NCBI GenBank assembly: GCA_964187785.1
Contig: OZ076410.1
Coordinates: 17,732,001-17,796,000 of the forward strand
Reading direction: 5' to 3'
DNA length: 64,000 nt
Source of the DNA: Amphiscolops sp. MND2022
Taxonomy: Eukaryota
The position numbers and the translations under genes were made by a program. The notes under the pieces were generated by a model. The model was not told the DNA's origin. It worked only from the letters and a program-made list of their open reading frames with translations, and ran no database searches. Below are positions 35,860 to 46,500 of this stretch, piece by piece; within the stretch, counting starts at the first letter, position 1, and every line of letters starts with the position of its first letter.

Positions 35860-36550
35860 GAGATGAATGTTTTGAGATTTCTAATAAAATCTTCTTCTTC
35901 CACTTATGGAGGAGAATTGAGGCACATTTGTTGGATTCCCCCACTCATCGATCGTTTTAGGCTGATCAGGCAGCCTTCCTTCCTGGAGAGAAAGCTCTTT
36001 ACCCAAAGGGCACGGTCTGCGGTTTCCCTAAAATCACAGTGGTCATTCTTTTGGAACGACATCTTGAATTAGTTTATTCCATTCGATGTTTCTTTTCAAG
36101 TTTTCTCTTTTCAAAAATGTGTAACCAAGTGTGTATCAGTGATTCCGGCAATACACAACATAAAAAAACACGCATCAAAGTTTTATCAGTGAACTTCATC
36201 AGTTGAAAAGAAAAAGTGAAAACAGCTTCTAAAAGAGTTTATAAAAGCAAGGTTCTGTTAAACATACCTCTCAAGGACTTAAATCGAGGCTTGACGGCAT
36301 TGGTGGCACAATACGTGTTTGCCGTGGAGAAACCAAATAGATGAAAAGATCTTCGCTGCATGGACCGCACAGAGCATTTTGAGGTTATGTCAATGTGAAA
36401 GGTTGATGCGAAAGTTATTTTTCTCAAGAAAGATGTGTTGGTGATCGGTGTGGTGATTTTTAGGTGAAATGGTTGAAACAACAAGTCCGAGACATACATA
36501 GAACACATGGTATGAGAAACGAATTCGGCTTTTTTGTCAATATCTTCCAT
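35860..36550 (-). pseudogene. Decayed ORF, unknown family (MEDIDKKAEFVSH...)
   Basis: 103-aa ORF that continues past its stop with protein-like sequence. Confidence 0.25.
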
Positions 36551-37129
36551 CTCAATGAACGAACAACTCGCTTTGTTCCTTGACTTCTCGCAACTTAATT
36601 TATCCTTTCATTCAAGTAACCATCTAACTAGTTTCGAACGTTTTAATAAGTTGTACCCAGCTAAGTAACCGTCTCTCCAATTACTAATGGGTTTAGTGAA
36701 CCAAGTAACTAACAACACGGTAGTGAAATGAAAGAATCTTCTCAATTTTTATCCTGTTTTGGAATGAAAGGAGATGGTACCGTGACTGTCACTATAGATG
36801 ATAGTTTGAGTTTCAAAGCAACCTCTAGCAATAGTTTCTAAACGATCTTTAGTTTTGGTCCCTGTCGTGAGCAAAGCTGATGTCAACTCGGAACGATTGG
36901 TCAACTAATTGATGAACTACTTAAATCTCGTAAGGGTATTTACGCTGATCAATTTTGATACCTGTTGTGAGCATCGTCGAAAGTTATTACAAAGATCTAT
37001 ACGATTTTGAAATTTAACAATCTGATAACAAATTTTAGGGAATACCAATCATGGAACCTCGAACTAAAGTCAAACTGTGGATTTTATGCCTGATTTCCCC
37101 CTACACAAACATTGTTTCTTACCCAACAA

Positions 37130-37748
37130 CAACCACCTGCCCCATTTATGCCTCCACTCCCCCATATAAATAAATGGAGGTAAATAATCTAATGTGAGCA
37201 TCATCAACAAAAGAACTCAGAAACCTGAAATTGTTTCAAAACGAACAGAAAATCAAATGGAATTTTCCTGAATACAAACTCATATTTAATATTGAATCAT
37301 GGAACAATGAATTCAATTGTTTTGATTTCAAAAATTTATTTAATTTGTGATCATGGTTAAGAAATATTCAAAATAATAAAAGTGTTAACTTTTTATGTGG
37401 GCGGAAAATAATAATCTAAAATATCAACGTTAACTTACGTTTAACAATTGAAATTTGTAAGTTAACTCATTTATTATTCTGAATATATCGTAGCCATGAT
37501 CACAAATTAAAATAATATTTGAAATCAAAACAAATTCAGTAAATGGGCGAGGAAAATCAAGATCTGTGACGCGTTTTTTTTTACAAATTCTGCCAAAACT
37601 CCTTTATCTCCACTCCATGGAGTGAAGTGAACTTCACTTATTGCTTTCCCAGCCAGTAGATCTTGGGTACGATCCTCTCCTTGGCCATCCTTTTTTTTGC
37701 AATAAGGGTGTTGCGGAAAATATCCCGGTGCTTAGCGGGCGTCTTGTA
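37130..37748 (+). mobile_element. Family A copy with an internal ~70-bp fold-back and a Helitron-like 3' hairpin
   Basis: Inverted repeat 37320-37389 / 37460-37530; the 3' 34 bp are identical to 4688-4721. Confidence 0.55.
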
Positions 37749-39028
37749 ACATTTATGGACGTTTACTAAAGAACACTCGACGTTAAAGTGTTTACTTTGA
37801 GGCCTAAGACCAGTGACCTCATTGTTGCATATTAATTACGTTTGCAAATTAGAATAGAATTGAACCGACCAATGTTAAGGCGCCATAGCATAGAGGATGC
37901 GCGCAAGCCCGGATACCGTCAATTGTTTTATAAATTTAAATATTGAGAAATATATTTTTCAATTACAATTCAATTTGTTATCTTGATTATTTGGTATATC
38001 ATATGATAAGATTATTGAACAAAGTTTATGATCATTTGTCAGTTTGTATGTTTCTTCGATACACCAATCTTTGTTTTTGTGGACATCTAATGCATTGAAT
38101 AAGAGACTGTTTGATTTCCCTCTTTTAAAACGAGCTGTTTTCCCGAAATCTTTGAGTCAAACTCCTTTCTTCAAATTACTTTATGTACTGTTGAATTGTG
38201 AATCACTATTTCTCGTGTACTTTTGGGTCCTGCTTCGGTATGACACACAAAAAAGATACTAAACAGCACTGGTTATCGTGAGTGAAAGAATAACAAGATA
38301 AGCCATAAAATTGCCAAACTAGTTTTTAACTTGAGGCATCAATTGTTTCAGTTTTTCTGGTTCTAAGTACTTCTTTTGTTTGATTTTTTTGAAGCAAATG
38401 TTCTTCCGGTGAGTATGCAGTCTACTTTTTTGAATTCTATTTTCGTAAATATTCAAATTGAAAAGGAAATCAAAAGGAGTTTTACTGAAAACAAAATAAA
38501 ATTTATTATTACTCGTGAAATTATGAATTAAACCAATTTTTTTTTACAAAGAGACAGTGAAATATACGTATGTACGTTTGAACTGCATGTACGTATGATC
38601 AGTCACCAATTTAGTGAAATGAATGTCTAATTTCGGTCCCTGTCGTGGGCACTTTCATTAGCACTGTACTAACTATGTACCACTTATGTAAGAAGATTGA
38701 CTGATTTATTCTGTGTATGCAAAACAAACAGTGTAATTATAAATCGACCTGTGTAGTTATCAGAACAACCCGTAATTACGAGAACCACGTGTAATTATGA
38801 GATGCAGAGTGTAGGTAGTCAAATTGCGTGGAATCCAAGTTTGGTGTAAACTAGTCAATTACTGTAATTTGCGCGGGGTTAAACTGGTCAATTTACGAAG
38901 CTCGGTCAAATCGTGTAATGACTTATCAATGCGTGTAACGTGTGACAAATGTAAATCTTCCAAAAAAGTATTCCCACCCTGACTGAACAAAAATTGAACA
39001 AGCAGGATCCTGCTAGTTCGTTATCGGG

Positions 39029-39298
39029 ATGTGTCTCGTAATGCAGGTGGACTTGATTGTTGCGGTCTGTGTGACTTACCACTCGGAGCCCTTGGAACGT
39101 TACAAACGTTTTGTCGTCCGCGAGGAAAAACTATTATATGCAAGGTACTTGAAAGAGTTAGTTTCAAAGGTTTCAGATGATCAATGTAACAGACTGTTGG
39201 CGGAACTATCCTTTGCAGCAGAACACAGATCGACGATTATTACCCTGCTGGAACTTCTGCAAACGCAAAGTAAACCTGGTCTAATGGTGATGTTCTAA
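39029..39298 (+). CDS. 89-aa helical-looking ORF of unknown function
   Basis: EPLERYKRFVVREEKLLYARYLKELVSKVSDDQCNRLLAELSF; no family recognised. Confidence 0.2.
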   Translation: MCLVMQVDLIVAVCVTYHSEPLERYKRFVVREEKLLYARYLKELVSKVSDDQCNRLLAELSFAAEHRSTIITLLELLQTQSKPGLMVMF

Positions 39299-39857
39299 AT
39301 TTGTTCATGGCTGGATTCATAGCAGCCGACGACAATTTCACGTCGCCTTGATAACCAACAGGAGACAATGAAATTGTTCGAATTTATGCGAGTTTTTGAT
39401 CCACGAAACGACTAGTTTTATCTTGGATTTTGACCGATTATGCTGTACTGGATTACAGGAAGGAGTTGTTTGCGGTTGTCGTCGTAAACCGATTCTACCC
39501 AGCTGAAAGTAGTACCATTTTTTCCATTCAAGAGAGACGCTCATTCTTCTTTTTTTTGACAGCTTCTTGTAAAATTCGTTGTGCTTGGGATAAAGTATCA
39601 GCAGAATCACACGCAGCAAAATGGCTAATTATTGATAAAATAATCTTATCTATCGTTTTAAAACAGTCGACAGAATATCGACTTTCAGTTTATTAGAAAG
39701 ATAGGTAATCTAGAAATATCAATCGTACGATTAGCGTTCGATAGATTGTTCATTGCCAACCCCTGGTTCTGCCTGCAGCGTGTACTACCTTAAATTGAAA
39801 TGGTAATAACCTATCAACCCAACGGGTTAATCTTGATGAGTTTTATTTGCACAAAAT

Positions 39858-40216
39858 ACGAATAGAGATACTCATGACTGGTATCAAAATTGCAGCATGT
39901 CATCAAATACTGGCCGATTGTGATGATCTGGCAGTTTGTCTAAAACTGGTAATAAACTTTGAAAATAACGAATATTTGTGTAATACAATATTCATTTTGC
40001 ATAATCATTATTGAAAGTCAGAAGAACTTGAATTAAATCAATTTTATGTCAATGAAAATTATTTCGATTGAAACGAAAAATCCCAATGTACGAATAGAGA
40101 TACTCATGACTTGTACCAAAATTGCAGCATGTCATCAAATGATGGCAGATTGTGATGATCTGGCAGTTTGTTCAAAACTGTAATAAACTTTGAAAAATAC
40201 GAATAATTGTGTAATA
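39858..40216 (+). repeat. Direct repeat of ~128 bp (39858-39985 and ~40089-40216)
   Basis: TACGAATAGAGATACTCATGACT..GTGATGATCTGGCAGTTTG..AATAAACTTTGAAAA occurs twice. Confidence 0.85.
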
Positions 40217-40599
40217 TTGGTGTGTTTGTCTGAATCATTTTGAGTTAATATACGAAAAGTAGTGCATAATATTATGTTTGTTCAGTCTTCCACTTGAAAT
40301 TTATTCAAGAAGAGATGCCGCGTATCGCGTCAAGCATAAAGTCGTGAAATCCAGGAAATTTATGATTTCTGCAATCTGATGGGTTCGTTTTGCAAAACTT
40401 ACGTTTTGTGGAATCCGGGACAAAGCGGCATGCCGACAGTGCGTACAGCTAAGCATTTGTTACTGGAATCCACGACAAAATCCGTGGAATCAGCGACTTA
40501 TGACGTAATTTGCCAATTTGGCACGGTTAAAGGTATGGTCGTGGAATCCGAGGTATTCAGCACAAAATTACGCTGTGAGCAAATTTAGCTTGCCTATAT

Positions 40600-41895
40600 A
40601 CTCTAATGGTATTTTTCCCTCAGCGGCCGGTGTCGAAGGCTCATTCAGCTATTTCAAACAAATCAAGTCCCCACAGAGATTTGCTTGACTAGCAATCTAC
40701 TCAGAGATTTTGCTTCATGTTACTGTAATCCGAATTTGCTCTAATTCAAAATTTCGGAGAATGTTGTTTTTCGATTCGGCAGGACAGGGCAGATATTGGA
40801 CCATAGAGCAACTAAATTTGGCCTATACTGCAGCAGAGATAACCAGGGTCTTGTCATGTCTCTTTCTCTCTCGTATCATCCGAAGGTTATCACAGTACAG
40901 TGGCTCCAGTTCAATATTGAACAAATCCGCTAAACTGTTGAGTGCGCTTGCTAGTTCGTCAAGTCTGATTGGCTGTTCATTAGAATAAATCTTTTTGTCA
41001 TTACAACTTTCAACGAAGCATTCTAATTTTAAAGTCTTCTAATTTCAAAATTGCCTCATACAGAGACGAACTTCCTGGGAGATAAGGTACAAATCTTCGC
41101 TGCCCATCAAATTGGCGAGGATGCAATCCTTCAGGGCTGTCAATTGGTGAACAAGGACGCTACAACATGGTCCAGTATAAGGAGGTCCTATAAAAAGGAA
41201 GATTGATATTTGTTCTTCGAGGTGGACCCCAAAACACTAAATTTACGGAAGAGATGAAACATGTTCTTGAGGATACCGTCTCGACAAAATGCACTTCAAG
41301 CCTCTGTGAGAAAAACATCAAATTCCCAATTAAACTGCCAAATGCGTCAAAATCGAAAATCGCAATTACTCTTGAAGGATTATTCTTTACCTTTAAATAT
41401 CTATCATTGTCCATTTCGCACAAAACAGTCAAATTGTTAACGATGCACGACGTGATTTGCTAATTGGTTTCTAGGAAACGGTACTTCCTGTCCAACTCCA
41501 GTTTTTGTCGACGAAACTGGCTTTGATGTTTGATGTAACTACCAAGCGAGAAAAGACCCTATCGAAAACGGAACACCGGCAAAAATTGTAGCCAGTGGAC
41601 AAAGGGGGCCAAACATTACACTGATATTAGCAATACCGCCGAAATTGAAAGTTGTTCATTATCAAATTCATGATGGTGATGTCAATGCTGCAATTTTCTC
41701 AGCATTTCTTGTAGCCTTGAGTAAAAGTAGCCTTGGGTAATCTATTGGAAAGGGAAAGGGTTGTAACTTTTTGACCCGTCTTTGTAACTTGTCGACTGCT
41801 TCATCAACAGGTTCATGATTGACGCATCCTAAAGTACACGACATTTCGAGACCCTGAAACGTTCGAAGATCAACTTGCATTAAATCTGATTTCAA
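40600..41895 (-). pseudogene. Decayed long ORF(s), unknown family
   Basis: Protein-like minus-strand frames (..QSQFRRQKLELDRKYRFLE..VIAIFDFDAFGSLIGNLMFF..) with sparse stops. Confidence 0.3.
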
Positions 41896-42152
41896 TCAGT
41901 GCTGTATGAGTACCTTTGCTTACATTAATTAGTTCAGTAGTTACGAAGCGCGCCATAATGTGAAAATGGAAATCTGGGAAAGTTTGACAGGTACTAGATG
42001 TCAACTGTTGAATAGACTAGAAAGCATTTTCGTCTGGCAACACCTGAGTTCAATCGATGAAACTCCCAGTACGAGAGTATGATAGAGAGCAAAGGTTAGT
42101 TGCCAAATGAATCAGAGCAAGCAAATAACGTAAAAAGTAAATTAGTTTCAAA

Positions 42153-42390
42153 CAAGCCGGGAACGGCCCAAGTCGGCGCCATATCTAAGGCTCAAAAATA
42201 GCAAAAGGATTTCAAAGTGTCAAGTATTCTCTTCTACAGTACCCGCGTGAGTACCCGCGTGCTTTGAAAAATAGCAAAAGGATTTCAAAGTGTCAAGTAT
42301 ACTCTTCTACAGTACCCGTGTGAGTACCCGCGTGCTTTGAAAAATAGCAAAAGGATTTCAAAGTGTCAAGTATACTCTTCTACAGTACCC
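42153..42390 (-). mobile_element. Family C terminus with an internal ~67-bp tandem triplication, inserted into a family B MITE end
   Basis: AAACAAGCCGGGAACGGCCCAAGTCGGCGCCATATCTAAGGCTC; AAAATAGCAAAAGGATTTCAAAGTGTCAAGTA..CTACAGTACCC occurs three times. Confidence 0.7.
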
Positions 42391-43425
42391 AGTATAGCCA
42401 AGTAACTCTAAGTGAGGTGAAACTGCGAGATTTGGCAAAATTTGGAAAAAAACGCAACACAGATCATGATTTTCCTCCCCCATTTATGTGGGCGGAAAAT
42501 AACAAATGTTATGCTAACAAGTGTTTCTAGTCACAATTCGAGTCACTATGCTCCTCTGGCTGTCTTTTCAAACGCATATTTGAAAAAATAATTGTTTTTT
42601 CGATCGACAACATAACGAAGTACTTTTAACAATTTTGAACTCTAAGGAATCTCCAAAACAAAATGCGAAGATTTGGAAACGTATCGATCAAAATAATTTT
42701 TACAAGCTTTCGTTCTTGATGACGTAACTTATATTACAATACATTTAGTGCGTTTGCTGATGGCGTTTGCGTACAATGTTGTTGGTCGAGCATGTACTAG
42801 TTAAAAACGTAATTTTTCAATCATACCAAAAGCCGCACGTGTTTCGCATTTTTGCTTGTTGTTGGTTGCTTCTCTAAAACAAGCTCTGGAATCTCCTGGA
42901 TGAATTACAGATACCTATAGTTATAACATACCATTTATAACCTATCCTTCCAAATAGATGGAAGTAGCCGAAGCATTCTTCATTCAGCAACTTGTTTTTG
43001 ACAAAAATTAGTGACAGTGAAAAGGTTAGCTTGAATGTTCGTCGTATTTATTCGATCAGATAATGAGCTTTTATATAAACCTTTCTTTTAAAAATTATGA
43101 AACTTTTCATGTCATCTGAACAAATTTAAAACCATATTTATTAGGAATTTAGTGCTGAAATTTCCTGACATGTTGCATCAGTAAGTTCATTTATTGGACA
43201 TTCAACTACTGCAGTTTTTGGTCGATATTCGAAGAAATTATCGCTATAATTGTATTTGGTAGTTCATAAGGATGCAAATAATCACACTTGTTGTTCAGTA
43301 GAGAAGAAACATACTTTTATTACCCCGTTTGAGTTGATTCACCAAAAACAAAAATCTTGCTGTGTAAAACAAAGAATGAAAAAGTTTTAATCGAATAAAT
43401 ACTGTTTCGGGAAGAATCTGCAGCG

Positions 43426-43548
43426 ATGCCGAAAAAAGGCGGGAAAAAGGGAGGCAAGAAAGGAAAGAAGGGCAAAGGAAAGAAGAAAAGTGGGGACGAA
43501 ATTGAGATCCGGGAACCTCCGGGGGAAGCAGTCCAGAGGCTACTCAAG
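43426..43548 (+). CDS. LRR gene exon 1 (MPKKGGKKGGKKGKKGKGKKK..QRLLK)
   Basis: ATG followed by a basic tract; the donor is uncertain (GC at 43549, or GT at 43531). Confidence 0.7.
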
Positions 43549-46500
43549 GCACAGTTCCGACATCATTCAAAACATGAAAAACAAGCATCACTCATTTGTT
43601 GATTTGTTGAAAAAGTAGTGAACCTAGTTGAAAAAAATACACATTTTTGCAAAATTCTTGAAAATAATTTTGTAAGATAATGTAAGGAAATTACTGTAAC
43701 AATATTCTTGTAAGATTTGCAAATCCCAGCTGAAAATGGTACAAAAATGAAATGATTTTACAAACTCATACAAAATTGCATCGTTCGATCAGAGGAAACT
43801 GGAAAAAATAGATCAAATCGTTAGGTTTTGAATAGTTTCGACTAAATTTAAAGGGGAATGATTATTAAGTAGAATGGACCCTAACCGACAATTTTTTTCG
43901 GAACCGAAGTAGAAAATTAGGTGAACCGAAAGAGTTCTACCAAACAAAAGACTGAAAACGCCAACTATCTTTCTCATTTAGCCGTGCTTAATAACTAAAT
44001 CTGAAATTTTGAACAAATCAGGGAGTTTATCCATGTAAATTGCACAAAAGTAGATGTAAATAACAGTAAAATTGTAAAAATCAAAATCTTAGTCTTTGTT
44101 CAACTGCTTGAACAAAAAGGCCATTTTTCCCGCTTTTTCAACTCCAAGAGAGCTGCGTAGCGTTCCATATGTCAAGCCTAGGGTTGAAAAGTAGCGCTCG
44201 AGTCCTGCACTTGAGGCTACGGCTGTGACAATAGAGCAGGCGATTTGAACCAACTTCACAATTTCCGTATTGCAAGCCTTGCATTTCCCTTTTTTAACAC
44301 CATTAACAGTAACAGAAAGAAATTTATCCCACACCGGCTTTTTCGCTGGAGGCATTTCAGTGATCTGAAAAAATACAATAACACCGAATGATGAAAATCC
44401 AAAAAAACTGTTAAAATCGGATGTTAATTTCAAAACATTCATGTAAATAACATGTAAATTAAAGGCTTGTTAATAACACTATGTAAATAACATGACAGCC
44501 CTGATTACTGCCATCACTGCATTACCATGGTCACGGAAAAAGTAGACTCGTGAAAAAGTAGTATCGTGCAGGTTTTGACATCGCTAATTGTTTTTTGCTA
44601 ATCGCTAAACCGCTAGTTTTAAAATCGCTATTTTGCTGAAAAACGTTTTCTGAAAACTGTTAACGCTGAAACCATTAAATGTTTGACTCCAAGTATATTT
44701 TACAATTAAATGATAACTTAATTCAGTTTTTGCAAGAAAAAGCTGGAATTTTTATACAGTGTGGGTTTTACAAGTGTGAATGTTGAATAGTTTCGTAGTT
44801 CGTTTTGAATCACCGTCTGTGCCTGAGCAAATTTTGAATTCAGTAGATTAGTGAGAGTTATTTGAGCATAAAACTGGCCAAAAAACATGTGGATAACCCG
44901 GTCAAAAATTGGAAAAACGGAAAAAAGTCCCAAATCTGCTCAAAATTAGCTATTTGTAACTTTCTCAATTTTTGTCCCAGAGAAATTTAAAAAACACTAA
45001 TATAAACTAGACAAAATTCTAAGAAACTTTTATTTCTGATGTTTTTCAAAATTCTCAACAGATTTTGAGAAAATTGAGCCTGAAATTGCCCCGGGGGACG
45101 TTTTCTTAATCACAGTACTGTATTTGTTGCCGCTATATGAATTGCTGATAAAAGCGCTGAAAAGATACTGCTAGCAGCTAATTAGCGGCGTCAAAACTCT
45201 GCTATCATGTTTTTGTTGAGTTTATGTGTTGGTTGGAACTGTGACTGAATTGGACCTGCAGGCGTACGAGGGGATAGGAAAGGAGGAACACAGACGCCCC
45301 TGTGGTGACTTGAGGAAGCTGATGCGTCACCACGTCGAGAATGAGGTTCTCCTTACAAGGGTGAGTCAATTGAGACAGAATATTCAATCTTATTCAGTCT
45401 CAGAAGAGACAAAAAGTTATTTTTATTGAATATAAACACAAAAGGAAGTTTGTTTCAAAAGAATACCTAAAAAGAGGGGAATGGGCACAACTGCTTTTCC
45501 AGTCCCCATCCTTGGGGACCAGCTTTGGCACAAATGGAAAGAAGCTAGTCAAAAATGAGCGAGACAAAAAAAAACGGATCTGTTTCACAATGTCCCCCCC
45601 CCCCCGAGTTGGGATCCCAGGGCAGCCCATCCATGGGCCATCGATGGACCATCGCATTCCCATCGATGGCCCATCGATGGTCCGCCGACCTTTTTGCCAT
45701 GGCCCATTGATGGCCCATCGATGGGCCATCGATGTGAGATGGGACTATTCTGAGCTCCCATCGATGGGCTATCGCAATTTTTGCCAGGGTATAAAAAACA
45801 CCTTTCTAAGGGACTTCTATGAAAAACATTGGAAATAAATAAATTACATTACAGTATAAGTTCAAGAGAATGCTCAGAATGTAAGAAATGCATCAGGAAT
45901 CGACTGACGGATTCCCAAATACAATTCATAACAAACAGTAGCATCTCGAAATCCTTACTTGGAAAATTTGTAACAAAAAAATAACAAACCTTCGATGCAA
46001 ATGACATCCTTAAAACGGAACACCTATATTTCTGAAAAAGTGAAGTACGATTGAAACAAAATGAAACCAAAAGGTCTGAATTATGCAAAAATTTGACTTT
46101 CAAAGTACAATAATCTGATCAAAAATACGGTAGTTTTTCACAGCAAACTAAAAAAACTGGCAAAACTTCAAAAATACACATCAAAATACGACGAAGTAGA
46201 GGAGCTTTAATTGCTGGGAGAACCATCTGCTTGTAAGAAAATAAAAGATCTGAAATATGCAAAAATGTGACCTTCAAAATACAGAAATCTGATCAAAAAT
46301 ACGTTTTTTTTTCACAGCAAAATAAAAAAACCTGGCAAAACTGCAAAAATACGCATCAAAATCCGACGGAGTAGAGGAGCTTTAATTGCTGGGAAAACTA
46401 TCTGCTTGTAAGAAAATAAAAGAGCTGAAAAATGCAAAAATTTGGTTTTCAAAATACAATAATCTGATAACAAATACGGTTTTTTTTCACAGCAAAATAA

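Noticed and set aside
19000-42000. Calling the ORF block a Polinton/Maverick or a named virus
   Set aside because: No pPolB, integrase, ATPase, protease or capsid motif, and no TIR/TSD could be identified; kept only as a hypothesis.
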